Positions 49,840 through 60,118 of a stretch of DNA of 64,000 nucleotides are shown piece after piece (position 1 is the stretch's first letter; every line of letters starts with the position of its first letter). The notes under the pieces are model-generated. The model did not search any database and had not been told where the DNA came from. It saw only the letters and a program-made list of their open reading frames with translations. The translations under genes were made by a program, and so were the position numbers. The stretch comes from Planctomycetota bacterium (GTDB lineage Bacteria; Planctomycetota; B15-G4; JADJEK01), in contig JBGAIQ010000014.1 in NCBI GenBank assembly GCA_044225365.1, positions 80,122 to 144,121 of the forward strand, in the 5' to 3' direction.

Positions 49840-51867
49840 ATGCGGAACGCATCCATCGATCTCGAGTCGATCGGTCCCGACGGTGTCCTGATGACGCGCG
49901 ATGCATCGAAGCGCATGATTCTCTTGGCGATGGCGATCTCCGCGGTGACGCTGGTCGCATACCTGCCGTCCCTCCGCAACGGTTTCATCTGGGACGACGA
50001 CCACTACGTCACGCAGAACGCGGAACTTCACGACGTGCACGGCCTCGCGTCGATCTGGCTCGAGCCCGGAGCGAAGTCGCATCTCTACGATCAGTACTAC
50101 CCGCTCGTGCTCACCACGTTCTGGATCGAGCACCATCTCTTCGGGAACGACGCGTTCGGCTACCACCTCGTCAACGTCCTCCTGCACGCTCTCGTCGCGA
50201 TCCTCCTGTGGCGCGTGCTCCGCCGCCTCGCGGTTCCCGGCGCTTTGTTCGCGGCACTCCTCTTCGCGCTGCATCCCGTGCATGTCGAGACGGTCGACTG
50301 GATCTCGGAGACGAAGAACCTGCAGTCGAGCGCGTTCTACCTCGCATCGGCGCTCGCCCTCATCTCCTTCATGGGGCTCGACGCGTCGCGCCAGGACACG
50401 GCCGGTGATCGGCGCGCATATTCATTCGCCTTCGTGTTCTTCGTCTGCGCCCTGCTGTCCAAGACGGTGACGTGCACGCTCCCCGCGGCCCTTCTGCTCG
50501 TCGTGGGATGGAAGCGCGGTCGCATCACGGCACGGGACGTCCTTTCACTCCTGCCGTTCTTCGTCGTGGGAATCGCGCTCGGCCTCACGACGGCCTGGCT
50601 CGAACGCGTCAAGGTGAACGCCGTCGGACCGGAATGGGATTTCTCGTTCATCGAGCGGGTCCTCATCGCGTCGCGAGCGATCTGCTTCTACGCCGCGAAA
50701 CTGTTCTGGCCGCACGATCTCACATTCGTCTACGAGCGGTGGAGGATCGACGCGAGCGATCTCGGTGCTTGGGCGCGTCTCGTCGGCGTCGCCCTCGCGA
50801 TCCTGGCGGTGTTCGTGTTGCGCCGGAGCATCGGTCGCGGCGCGCTCGTCGCGCTCCTCTTCTTCGCAGGCACGCTGTTTCCCGCGCTCGGATTCTTCAA
50901 CGTCTACCCGATGCGCTTCTCGTTCGTCGCCGACCACTTCCAGTACCTGGCGAGCATCGGCCTGATCGTGCTCTTCGCAGCGACGACGACTCGATTCCTC
51001 TTCGCGCGCGGCGAACGGGCCTTCCTCGTAGGTGCGACCCTACTCCTCGGAACGCTCGGTGCGCTGACGTGGCGCCAGACGAGCATCTACGCCGACCCCG
51101 AGACATTGTGGCGCGACACGATCTCGAAGAACCCGAGCGCATGGATGGCGCACAACAACCTCGGGATCCTCCTCGCACAACAGGGCAAGACGCAAGAAGC
51201 GATCACGCAGTTCGAGGCGACCCTCGCCCTCCATCCGAATCACGCAAAGGCCGAACGAAACCTCGGCCATGCGCTCTTCGAGTCGCAGCGCCTCGCCGAC
51301 GCGATCCCCCACTACGAAGCCGCGGTCCGGATCGATCCACTCTATGCCGAAGGCCACGCGAACCTCGCGTTCGCGCTGGCGCAGGCCGGGCGCGGAAGCG
51401 ACGCGATCGCTCATTACGAACGATCGCTCGCACTCGCGCCGCTCGACGCGATGAGCGAGAGCGCGCTCGCCTCGTTGTTGCTTCAGTCGGGCCGCGATCG
51501 CGATGCCGTCGCACATCTCGAACAGGCCGCGCGTCTCATGCCGGATTCGATCGTCACGCTCAATTCGTTCGCGTGGTTCCTCGCGACGCATCCCGACGCC
51601 GCTCTCCGCGACGGCAAGCGCGCGCGCGACGTCGCCGAGAGCGCGTGTCGACTCTCGTCGCGCAAGAATCCGCTTTGCCTCGGCACGCTCGCCGCCGCGC
51701 AGGCGGAATGCGGAGACTTCGAGAAGGCGATCGCGACCGCCGACGAGGCGATCGCGATCGCGCGCGCGGCGCATCAAGATTCCATCGAGGCTTCGCTCAC
51801 TCAGCACTCGAATGCGTATCGAGCACGCACGCCGTGGCGCCAGGCGACCCGCGGATCCGGCAAGTGA
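49840..51867 (+). CDS. TMTC-like multi-pass membrane glycosyltransferase with TPR repeats
   Basis: FIWDD, YHLVNVLLH, FALHPVHVETVDWI, LLSK, ADHFQYL, TLWRDT then TPRs; start uncertain (49840 or 49891). Confidence 0.88.
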   Translation: MRNASIDLESIGPDGVLMTRDASKRMILLAMAISAVTLVAYLPSLRNGFIWDDDHYVTQNAELHDVHGLASIWLEPGAKSHLYDQYYPLVLTTFWIEHHLFGNDAFGYHLVNVLLHALVAILLWRVLRRLAVPGALFAALLFALHPVHVETVDWISETKNLQSSAFYLASALALISFMGLDASRQDTAGDRRAYSFAFVFFVCALLSKTVTCTLPAALLLVVGWKRGRITARDVLSLLPFFVVGIALGLTTAWLERVKVNAVGPEWDFSFIERVLIASRAICFYAAKLFWPHDLTFVYERWRIDASDLGAWARLVGVALAILAVFVLRRSIGRGALVALLFFAGTLFPALGFFNVYPMRFSFVADHFQYLASIGLIVLFAATTTRFLFARGERAFLVGATLLLGTLGALTWRQTSIYADPETLWRDTISKNPSAWMAHNNLGILLAQQGKTQEAITQFEATLALHPNHAKAERNLGHALFESQRLADAIPHYEAAVRIDPLYAEGHANLAFALAQAGRGSDAIAHYERSLALAPLDAMSESALASLLLQSGRDRDAVAHLEQAARLMPDSIVTLNSFAWFLATHPDAALRDGKRARDVAESACRLSSRKNPLCLGTLAAAQAECGDFEKAIATADEAIAIARAAHQDSIEASLTQHSNAYRARTPWRQATRGSGK

Positions 51868-51894
51868 TCGAACCCGCGACAAGACGAGCGGTCG

Positions 51895-53007
51895 TCAGAC
51901 CACCGCGACCTTGACGCAGTGGATCGGCGGGAGCGAGTCGAAGACGCACTCCCACTCTTCTCCGCCATCGCGGCCCATCCAGAGTTGACCCGTCGTGGTT
52001 CCGAAGTAGAGCGCGGGCGACTTCAGGTCATCGATGTCCATCGCGTCGCGCTGCACCGTGAAGTAGCTGTCCTTCTTCGGGAAGCCGCGCGCGAGTTTGC
52101 TCCACGAGTTGCCGCCGTTCTCGCTGCGCCACACTGCGGGTGCGCCACCCGGGCACGTGCGCGTCGCCGGCGTGAGCGGCAGGACGTAGACGGTGTCCGG
52201 ATCATGCGGGTGGACGACGATCGGAAAGCCGAAGTCGGAGGGCAGGCCCTTCGCGATCGATCGCCACGTCTTGCCGTAGTCGTCGCTGCGCAGTACGCCG
52301 ATGTCCGGGCGCGGGCCACCCGGTCCGTCCCACTCCGACCAGCCGCCGTGATTCTGCATGTAGAGGCGGCCCGGGGCGTCCTTGTGCCGCGCGATCTTGT
52401 GCACGCACTGCCCGAACTCGGGATTGGGATCGGGCACGAATCCGGCGCCGACGCCCACGTTCGCCGGCTTGAACGTCGCGCCGCCGTCCTCGCTCATGTA
52501 GTGGCCGCCGGTCGAGATGCCGAGGTGGATGCGATTGCCGTCCTGCACGATCGTGTGCATGCACAGGCCGCCGTTGCCCGGATGCCATTTGCGCGCGTGA
52601 TCGTGATTGCTGATGCCTTGCACCATCTGCCACGAATCACCGCCGTCCTCGCTGCGGAACAGCGACGCGGGCTCCACGCCGCACCACAGGTCCTTCTTGC
52701 CCTGACCCGCTTCGAGCGACCAGATGTTCGCGAGCGCGCGACCGTCGTCCTTGGGGAACGCGGGCGCGGATTTCGTCTCCTTGAACTTCTTGCCGAGGTC
52801 CGTCGAACGCAGGACCTTCATCCCGAAGAACGGATTGCAGCTCGAGGCATAGATCTTCGGCGCTCCGCGCGTGTCGATGAGTGTCGAGTAGACGGGGACA
52901 CCGTTCCCACTCGGGCCATTCAGTTTGAATCCCTTGCGGGACTTCGCGGCCTCCGCGACGAACACGCCTTTCTTGGTCCCGATGCTGACGATCACACGCT
53001 CGGCCAT
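51895..53007 (-). CDS. BNR/Asp-box beta-propeller (sialidase-like) protein
   Basis: Asp boxes RSTDLG, RSEDGGDSW, SEDGGATF, RSDDYGKTW, RSENGGNSW; conserved CVHKI and QNHGG. Confidence 0.9.
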   Translation of the reverse strand: MAERVIVSIGTKKGVFVAEAAKSRKGFKLNGPSGNGVPVYSTLIDTRGAPKIYASSCNPFFGMKVLRSTDLGKKFKETKSAPAFPKDDGRALANIWSLEAGQGKKDLWCGVEPASLFRSEDGGDSWQMVQGISNHDHARKWHPGNGGLCMHTIVQDGNRIHLGISTGGHYMSEDGGATFKPANVGVGAGFVPDPNPEFGQCVHKIARHKDAPGRLYMQNHGGWSEWDGPGGPRPDIGVLRSDDYGKTWRSIAKGLPSDFGFPIVVHPHDPDTVYVLPLTPATRTCPGGAPAVWRSENGGNSWSKLARGFPKKDSYFTVQRDAMDIDDLKSPALYFGTTTGQLWMGRDGGEEWECVFDSLPPIHCVKVAVV

Positions 53008-53009
53008 GT

Positions 53010-53297
53010 CTAACCTCCTGAAACCGCGGTCATGATGCTGACGACGTCACCCGGGGAGAGCGCGGTGTCGAGTCCTCGACGATCGCGGTAGTGGGCCGAG
53101 TTGACGAACAGATTGATGTGGCGACGCACCGCGCCCGTCTCGTCGCAGATGCTGCGATGGAGCGAGGGGTAATTCCGTTCGAGTTCGCCGAGCACGCTGC
53201 GCAGGTCCTGCGCACGAATCGGGAACTGGCGCTGGCCTCCGCAGCATTCGCGCAGGGCCGACGGAACGTGAACGGTGACGGTATCTTGTACTTCCAT
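53010..53297 (-). CDS. MoaD/ThiS family ubiquitin-like protein
   Basis: VHVPSALR, RRHINLFVN, C-terminal AVSGG. Confidence 0.9.
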   Translation of the reverse strand: MEVQDTVTVHVPSALRECCGGQRQFPIRAQDLRSVLGELERNYPSLHRSICDETGAVRRHINLFVNSAHYRDRRGLDTALSPGDVVSIMTAVSGG

Positions 53298-53460
53298 GGC
53301 GGGTCGCAGCCGGACAGGCAGCATACGATTCGCCCGGATTCGCGCTAGAGGCGCCGTACGATCGCGGTCGCTTCGGCCCCGAAACGAAGAGAGGACGCCG
53401 CCGCGCGACATCCTCTCTCCACGAACGGTCCGCGCTTCGTCGACGGATCGAGCGCGTAGC

Positions 53461-54705
53461 TCAGTGGAAACTGCTGAGCAACACCACGACGCTCGGGCTC
53501 GACAACAGGATCGGGCTGTTCGCGCCCACGAACATCGCCTGCTCGTCGATCACCGCGCCCGCGAGACCCGGCGGCATGCTCCCGAGCGGGATCGTGATGT
53601 TCAACTCCAGCTTGCCCGTCGCGTCGAGTTGACCGAGGGGCAGGACCGCGAGCGGGAGCGTGGGAAGCAACGCTCCCTTCAGGCTCGGCGAGTAGAAAGC
53701 CTGAGCGCCGAACGAGAACAAGAGCCACAGGGGCTCGTTCGGTTGTCCGGTCGCGACCAACGTCTGCGTCTGGCCCTCGCGAATCGGCGACGACAGCTCG
53801 AGGCGGCGCGCGAACTCGGGGACGACGATCACATCGCTGTCCGCCTCGATCAGCGGCACGCCGGCGACTCCCGGTGCGACGTTCGGCACGAACGTTTCCC
53901 CCGCCGCACCCGGGATCAATGGCGACTGCAGGCGCCGCCACAACGCGCCGCCGTTCAACTGCATCGCCGGCCCGCCGTCGCCCGCCGCGGTCACTTCGAT
54001 GAGCTGCGTCGTGAACGGGCTGATGACGTCGCCGCCATCGCCGCCGCTGATCAGCGTTCCCGAGGTGAAGATCGTGCCGGCAAAGACGAAGGCGCCGCTG
54101 CCGCCATCGGTCGGCGCGAACGGATAGATCTGCCCCGTCGGCTTGAGGTCGACGCCGCCCTCACCGCCCTCGAGGATCGAGTCGTAGACGAAGACGTTCG
54201 ACGCGTTCGTCACGAGCGCGTGCTGACCCGGACTGAACGCGAAGCCCGTTGCGCCAACGATCACGCAGCGCACGAACATCGTCGCGGCGCTGTGGTTCAC
54301 GCGCACGGACGGCCCGCCCTTGTCGATCTGGCAATCCTCGAACACCACCGTGCCCTGGCACGACTCGACGTCGACCCGCGTGTCGAACAGCGCGTTGAGC
54401 TCGGAGAACTGGAAGCCCCGCACAGCGACCGACTGCGTCGCGGCGATGTTCTTCACCACCATCCGAACGATTCGATGGAAACCCGTGCCGGCGATGTCGT
54501 CGGCGATGATCGTCACGCCCTTGCCGTCGATCGTGACGAGCGCCTCGCTGATCTCGCCCACGAGGACGATATCGCCCTCGCTCGCGGCGTTCACCGCCGC
54601 CTGGATCGTCGGGAACTCGGCGTTCGGCCCGACGAGGTGGACCTCGCTCGCGGGCAACAGCGGACTCAGGGACAGGACGACGGCGATGCAGCGTAAGGAC
54701 ACCAT
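53461..54705 (-). CDS. Secreted beta-helix-like protein with conserved C-terminal domain
   Basis: GGAGGAG SD; signal peptide; FPTIQAAVNAASEGDIVLV (pectin-lyase-like N-cap); Gly-rich coils. Confidence 0.8.
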   Translation of the reverse strand: MVSLRCIAVVLSLSPLLPASEVHLVGPNAEFPTIQAAVNAASEGDIVLVGEISEALVTIDGKGVTIIADDIAGTGFHRIVRMVVKNIAATQSVAVRGFQFSELNALFDTRVDVESCQGTVVFEDCQIDKGGPSVRVNHSAATMFVRCVIVGATGFAFSPGQHALVTNASNVFVYDSILEGGEGGVDLKPTGQIYPFAPTDGGSGAFVFAGTIFTSGTLISGGDGGDVISPFTTQLIEVTAAGDGGPAMQLNGGALWRRLQSPLIPGAAGETFVPNVAPGVAGVPLIEADSDVIVVPEFARRLELSSPIREGQTQTLVATGQPNEPLWLLFSFGAQAFYSPSLKGALLPTLPLAVLPLGQLDATGKLELNITIPLGSMPPGLAGAVIDEQAMFVGANSPILLSSPSVVVLLSSFH

Positions 54706-54785
54706 CGATCTCCTCCGTTCTTCGGCCAATGATACGTTAACCCCTGGATGAACGGCCCGCGCGTCGGCGACGGGCCAGGGAGCGC

Positions 54786-55253
54786 TCATTTCGCGGGAAG
54801 CGGGATCACACTGTACGCACCACCACTGATGCGCCAGCCGGAGTCGGTGCGAACGAAGTCGAAGACGTCGACGCCCGTGTGATGCATTGCGCCGTCGACG
54901 TAGAACGCGTAGGGCGCCCACACCACCGCCGTGTCCCCCGCCACGAGCACCGTGGGCTCGCCCGTGAACTCCTCGCGCTCCGCGACCGTCTTCGCCCCGA
55001 GCCCATCGATCCACTCACGATTGCTGAAGTGCTTCTGCACTCGCTTGCCCCCCTCCCACCGCGCACTCACGAAGACGCCCTCGGGCACGACGCTCCTCTC
55101 CGCCAACGCGGCATCCTTTGTGGCCATCGCCGTGAAGAACGCCTCCACGGTCGCGAGCACGGCGGCGCGGTCGGCGATTTCCGGAGGCGAGGCGGGAGCC
55201 GCGGCGCATCCGAGCGGCAGGGTGAGCAGAAGGGTGAGGAGCGCTCGGATCAT
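54786..55253 (-). CDS. NTF2/SnoaL-like lipoprotein
   Basis: Lipobox PLGC; AVVWAPYAFYVDG, HTGVDVF, GWRI. Confidence 0.85.
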   Translation of the reverse strand: MIRALLTLLLTLPLGCAAAPASPPEIADRAAVLATVEAFFTAMATKDAALAERSVVPEGVFVSARWEGGKRVQKHFSNREWIDGLGAKTVAEREEFTGEPTVLVAGDTAVVWAPYAFYVDGAMHHTGVDVFDFVRTDSGWRISGGAYSVIPLPAK

Positions 55254-55434
55254 GGATGGGGTCCTCGTCGAGTAAGGAAGGGCGGAGTGTGCCAGGGAGC
55301 GGTGGGGATTTCGAGGTTGGGCGGTGCGAGGCGTCATCTTGCCGGCGACCGCAGGTTCAAATGCGAGGGACTCGGGAGTCCATGTCCCCATGCGCGATCT
55401 CGATTCGCGATGAGCGCATCTTCCTCGGAGCCCC

Positions 55435-56601
55435 TCACCGCCAGCCCGCGACCGCGGACGCTGCGTCGAAGACGCTGATCACTTCGACATCGTTCGCCGT
55501 CGGGAAGCGTTCCGTGCCGGGATAGACGACGAATCGCTTTGCCGGCTTCAGATCCTTGCTCGCCTCGTAAAAGCCGCGATCCATCTGCGGTATCATGCTG
55601 CGCTTGATCTCGAAGGCCCAGCGTGCGCGGTCCGGCAGCACGAGCAGGAGATCGATCTCGGCGCCTCTCGCCGTGCGGTAGAAGAAGGCCTCGGTGCCAG
55701 ACGGCGCGGCCCGTGTCAGCGTCTCGATCACGAATCCCTCCCAGCTACCGCCGAGCGAGGGATGGCCGAGCAGGGCTTCGAGATCCCGCAGACCGAGCAG
55801 GGCGTGGAGGAGTCCGCTGTCGCGGATGAACACCTTCGGCGCCCGCACCAGGCGCTTGCCGACGTTCTCCGCCCAGGGCTGAAGCCTCCGAACGAGAAGT
55901 AAATCGCTGAAGAGATCGAGGTATCGACCCACGGTCTGTCCGCTCACCCCGAGGCCGGATGCGATGCGCGCGGCGTTGAAGAGGCCGCCCTGCAGGTGCG
56001 CGAGCATCGTCCAGAACCGACGAAGCGTCTCCGCGGGAATTCGGGGCCCGAGCTGCGGGATGTCTCGCTCGAGGTAAGTGCGGAGGAACGACTCGCGCCA
56101 TTCGCAACTCGTCGGCTCATCGGCGGCGAGGAAGCTCTCCGGGAATCCGCCGCGTACCCAAAGGCGGTCTTGTTGTTCGCGTGAGATCTCGAGCAAATCG
56201 AGCGGGCCGAGTTCGAGGTAGGCGATGCGCCCGGCCAAACTCTCGGCGGATTGCTGGAGTAGCTCGAGCGAGGCGGAACCAAGGACCAAGAACTGACCGG
56301 TGCGATGACCACGGCGACGACCGGCATCGACCACTCCTCGAAGTACCGAGAAGAGGTCCGGCATCCGCTGGATCTCATCGAGGATGACCAGCTCGCCTTC
56401 GTGCACCCGGAAGTACTGGATCGGATCGGCGAGTCTCGCGCGATCATCCGGCGATTCCAAATCGAGGTACAGGGAAGGCCGGCCTTGCGCGATCGCGAGA
56501 GCAAGGGTGGTCTTTCCAACCTGCCTTGGTCCGAGAAGGCCCACGACGGCGTGGCGCGTAAGGGACTTCTGGATCACGCCTTCGAGTCGTCGCCTGAACA
56601 T
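55435..56601 (-). CDS. AAA_14 ATPase with DUF4143 domain
   Basis: GPRQVGKTT, ILDEIQ, LGSAS, RGGFP, YLERDI, RDSGLL, EIDLL...FEIK. Confidence 0.95.
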   Translation of the reverse strand: MFRRRLEGVIQKSLTRHAVVGLLGPRQVGKTTLALAIAQGRPSLYLDLESPDDRARLADPIQYFRVHEGELVILDEIQRMPDLFSVLRGVVDAGRRRGHRTGQFLVLGSASLELLQQSAESLAGRIAYLELGPLDLLEISREQQDRLWVRGGFPESFLAADEPTSCEWRESFLRTYLERDIPQLGPRIPAETLRRFWTMLAHLQGGLFNAARIASGLGVSGQTVGRYLDLFSDLLLVRRLQPWAENVGKRLVRAPKVFIRDSGLLHALLGLRDLEALLGHPSLGGSWEGFVIETLTRAAPSGTEAFFYRTARGAEIDLLLVLPDRARWAFEIKRSMIPQMDRGFYEASKDLKPAKRFVVYPGTERFPTANDVEVISVFDAASAVAGWR

Positions 56602-56638
56602 TGTTGCAATTCTACCGCGTCATGGAAGATTTGCAACA
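56602..56638 (-). promoter_or_regulatory. Sigma70-type promoter for a probably leaderless mRNA, overlapped by an inverted repeat
   Basis: Minus strand TTGCAA-16nt-TAGAAT-7nt-ATG; arms TGTTGCAA/TTGCAACA cover the -35 box and the start region. Confidence 0.6.
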
Positions 56639-56773
56639 TCAGGTCGGTATTTCCCCGTCTGGCCTCGATTCAAGCCACAAGCCCAAGGATGGCGCTCAAA
56701 GCCGTTGAATCCTGTTCGTCCGGGCCGATCTCGATGCAAAATGCGGCTCGCACAATCGCAGTCCCCACCCACT

Positions 56774-59125
56774 ATGCCCACGCCCCACGACCGCCTCTCG
56801 AGTTCTCTCGTCGCCGCCGGGCTCGACTTCCACCGGATGCAGCTGTGGAAGGAGATGCAGGCCGACGCCATGTTCCTCGTGCGCGTGCCCGAGAATCCCG
56901 ACCCGCTGGTGGCCGCGGTGTTCGGGCAAGGTGGCGAGCACTTTGGCATTTCGCTCTACCGCGGACGATCGGCCATCGAGTCGGCGCGTCGCCTCATCGT
57001 CAGTCCGAACGAAGGTCGCCCGCCGATCGTGGAGGGAACCGTACTCCTCACGATCTCGTTCGATCGCCTCGAAGCGATCCCGATGGATCGCCGGCGAATC
57101 CTGACGGACGCGGGATTCACGGGTCGCCGCGAGTCCTTGGCTCCAGCCTTCATCGCGTCTCTTCCCGAAAAGTATTCGCGGCTTCCCAACCGCACGGAGA
57201 TGCGAGATCTGGTCGACGCGCTGAAAGCGATTCGTGTCGCGAGAGAGAGCGGGCCTCTCGAAGGTGGGTCGATCGCAATCGACGATGAACTCTTGCTGAT
57301 CCGCATGACTGCGGACGACGGAAAGAAACCAAGGATCACTCGCGAGCGTGAACTCCTCCCGACTCCCGACGGAAAGGAGTTGGAGCTGAAGATCGATCGC
57401 AATGCGGTTCTGCGGACCGAGCGGTCGAACGATCGTTGGATTGCTGGATTCGTCGACACGTCGAGGCTGCCGATCGGTGCGTTCGGCAAGACGGACGATT
57501 CGGCGTTCGTCGTGTTCGAGGAGTCGCGAGGCGATCTCATGCTTGCGATCTACGCCGATCCAGCGGCCGTGAGCGAGATCGGCGAATCGCTGCTCCAGTC
57601 GTTTCTCGAACAGCGAGCGCGAGGACGATCGGGACGCCCGAGCGAGATCGTCTTCCTGCACGCGGGGCTCGAACGCTGGCTCGCGAAGGAATTGGTCGGG
57701 GTTGGCGTGAAGTCGTCCCATGTTCCCCAATCGAACCGGTTCGAAGAAATCCTCCAGGGCGCCGCTCGCGAACTCCAACGCGCCCTCGATGCGGCGATCG
57801 GCGATACGCCTCCGGTCGTCGACTCGGAGCCCGCGACGCTCGCGGAATGGAAGGCCGTCGACAAAGCCCTGACCTCCCGCATGAGCGATTTCATCTTCTC
57901 GAGTGAGGACGAAACCGCCGCCGCCATTGAGGAGTTCTTCGGAGACCTTTCGCAAGGCATACTCGAAATGGAGGAGCGACCGCACGATTCCGTGTCGGCC
58001 TTCGAAGAGTGGTACGCAACGAGACGGCTCGGCGATCGACACCAGCGCACCCTCGTCGACCGTTGGATCGAACTCGCGCAGAGTCCGGCCGTGTCACTGC
58101 TGCTGAAAGCTCGACGCGACGCGGCTGTCTCGATCTATCGGGTCGACTCGCTCGATCCAGCACAGGGAAAGATCGGCCTCGTCGACATCTTCACCGGCTC
58201 ACGAAGGACGATTCTCGATCGAGCGCTCGCGAACTCCGCCGAACTCGAATTCATCATTCCATTTCGCTTGTTCGACTTGCCCATTGGCACCTTCGCTGCG
58301 ATCTCGGGACCACCGATGAGGGCGCTCGAATTCGACGCTGCGATGGAGTTCCTCGAAAGGATGGGCGGACAACTCACGCCAGAGCGACTGCGCGACGAGC
58401 CCGAGTGCCTTGGGCGCCTGTTCGCATGGCAACGCGAGCGAGCGGCGAGACCAGCGCGTTCGCTCGCGAACATGCGCAACACGGACGGCGATCCTCTCGT
58501 TTTCCAGACCGTCACGTTTTCGCTCGCCGATCGCGATGCGGCTCTTTCCTTCCTTCGCGCTCACGCCGAGATCGAGCCCGACGCGCCGGACGCGGAATCG
58601 GGCGAGGGCCCGGTCGAATTCACCTGGCTGAAGACGACGAAGAAGGGAAAGAGCCTCCTCGGTGGACCGACGTCCTTCGCCAGGATCGCGGTGCACAGCG
58701 ATCGAATTCAGGTCGAGGTGAACTCGGACTCGCGGGCGAAGAAGGTACGGAAACTACTGGAAGGGATCCGCGGCGTGCGGTTCGTGCGCAGCGAGACGAT
58801 CGACCCCTTGGCGGCCAGATCCTCGTCCGGCGAATCCGGAACGAAACCGCTCGCGATCGGTCCGAATACGCCCGAGGCGATCGCGGCGATTCGCGCGTTC
58901 CTTCACCAACGCAATATGGAGTGGCTCGACATGCGCATCCCGATGTTGGGCAACCAGACTCCACGCGAGTTCGCACGGACTCCCGATGGCCGCAAGCGAG
59001 TCGCAATGATGATTCGCACGATGCCGGCAGCGAGCGGACCGGATGGCACTGCGATCGAACCGCCCCGCGCGGAGATGCTGCGGGAGCTCGGGATCGAGGG
59101 CGAGGATGCGATGTCGAGCGGGTGA
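56774..59125 (+). CDS. Large multidomain hypothetical protein with C-terminal Xre/MbcA/ParS-like motif
   Basis: Long ORF with coding-like composition; C-terminal WLDMRIPMLGNQTPRE; start chosen at MPTPHDR. Confidence 0.7.
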   Translation: MPTPHDRLSSSLVAAGLDFHRMQLWKEMQADAMFLVRVPENPDPLVAAVFGQGGEHFGISLYRGRSAIESARRLIVSPNEGRPPIVEGTVLLTISFDRLEAIPMDRRRILTDAGFTGRRESLAPAFIASLPEKYSRLPNRTEMRDLVDALKAIRVARESGPLEGGSIAIDDELLLIRMTADDGKKPRITRERELLPTPDGKELELKIDRNAVLRTERSNDRWIAGFVDTSRLPIGAFGKTDDSAFVVFEESRGDLMLAIYADPAAVSEIGESLLQSFLEQRARGRSGRPSEIVFLHAGLERWLAKELVGVGVKSSHVPQSNRFEEILQGAARELQRALDAAIGDTPPVVDSEPATLAEWKAVDKALTSRMSDFIFSSEDETAAAIEEFFGDLSQGILEMEERPHDSVSAFEEWYATRRLGDRHQRTLVDRWIELAQSPAVSLLLKARRDAAVSIYRVDSLDPAQGKIGLVDIFTGSRRTILDRALANSAELEFIIPFRLFDLPIGTFAAISGPPMRALEFDAAMEFLERMGGQLTPERLRDEPECLGRLFAWQRERAARPARSLANMRNTDGDPLVFQTVTFSLADRDAALSFLRAHAEIEPDAPDAESGEGPVEFTWLKTTKKGKSLLGGPTSFARIAVHSDRIQVEVNSDSRAKKVRKLLEGIRGVRFVRSETIDPLAARSSSGESGTKPLAIGPNTPEAIAAIRAFLHQRNMEWLDMRIPMLGNQTPREFARTPDGRKRVAMMIRTMPAASGPDGTAIEPPRAEMLRELGIEGEDAMSSG

Positions 59126-59161
59126 AGCGACGCGGTCTCCACCCACGTCCGCCTGCAGCGA

Positions 59162-59647
59162 TCACTTCGCTGGCTTCTCCTTCGCAAGCGGCGTCCGCGA
59201 GTAGATCCCCATTGGATGTCCGACCGGATCGGTGAAGAGGCCTACCGATCCCTTGTCGTCATCCAGGTCGAATGGAAAGCCGGGCACGATCGTCGCCCCG
59301 AGGTCCTTCGCCTTCTTGCAGCTCGCCTCCATGTCCGGCACCTGCACGTAGACGACGCCGTTGTAGGCGCTGATCTTGCCTTCCGCTTGGCGCAGCGTGC
59401 CGATCTGAGTGTCTCCCGCGACGATCTCGACGGCCAGATCTGTGCCCGCGAGCGCCGTGAATTTCCAGTCGAACAGCTTGCCGTAGAAGTCGCGCGACTT
59501 CTGCATGCTCGTCGTCGTGATGTCGAACCATGCGACATGGCCCGACCCGACGTCCGGCTTCTTCCCATCCGGTTTCTTTGCATTCGGCTCGCCCTGTGGG
59601 AACAGGAACGCGAGGGGAAGGGCCAGCGCAAGGAGTGCGGTTCGCAT
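59162..59647 (-). CDS. VOC/glyoxalase family protein with signal peptide
   Basis: VAWFDI, RDFYGKLFDW, VYVQVPD, FTDPVGHPMGI. Confidence 0.9.
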   Translation of the reverse strand: MRTALLALALPLAFLFPQGEPNAKKPDGKKPDVGSGHVAWFDITTTSMQKSRDFYGKLFDWKFTALAGTDLAVEIVAGDTQIGTLRQAEGKISAYNGVVYVQVPDMEASCKKAKDLGATIVPGFPFDLDDDKGSVGLFTDPVGHPMGIYSRTPLAKEKPAK

Positions 59648-60070
59648 GGTTGTTCTCGGGGTTCTCGGAGTTCTCGGGGAGTTCGTTCGACGCCGCGCGT
59701 ACCTGCGGCGCGATCGAGATGCAGTCTGCCGCCTTCATGCGCGGATGTCACCGCCCTCTCCGAACGCGCGTCGGAAGCCTGGGGAGGATCGAATCCAGGG
59801 CCGAGCCATGCCAAGCCGTGGTGAACCGCACGCCTCCCTCGTGCCGGATTCCCGCAACGGAGACGTTGCCGTACTACAACAAGGCCGCTCCCGCGGTGCC
59901 CGCCGATCGCGTCGAATCGGCTCCGCTGAAAAGGCCCGCAAATCGACCCGCACAGTGGATGGGAACGGCTCGGACTCTGTCGCGGAACGCGGGTCGAGAA
60001 CCGAAAACGGGGCCGAGTCCACTTCTACCCGTCGGAGAGCGTATGAGCTCGCCGTTGGCGGGATCGAAAA

Positions 60071-60118
60071 TGGTGCGCCCGGCAAGAGTCGAACTTGCGA
60101 CCTCCGGTTTAGGAAACC
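60071..60118 (-). mobile_element. att site: 3' fragment of tRNA-Arg(CCT)
   Basis: Minus strand GGT-TTCCTAA-ACCGG-AGGTC-GCAAG-TTCGACT-CTTGC-CGGGCGC-ACCA (anticodon loop, T arm, 3' acceptor strand, CCA); no D arm or 5' acceptor strand upstream. Confidence 0.88.

Noticed and set aside
53452-53470. tRNA 5'-like string GCGCGTAGCTCAGTGG
   Set aside because: No anticodon or T arm follows; it overlaps the stop codon of the minus-strand gene.
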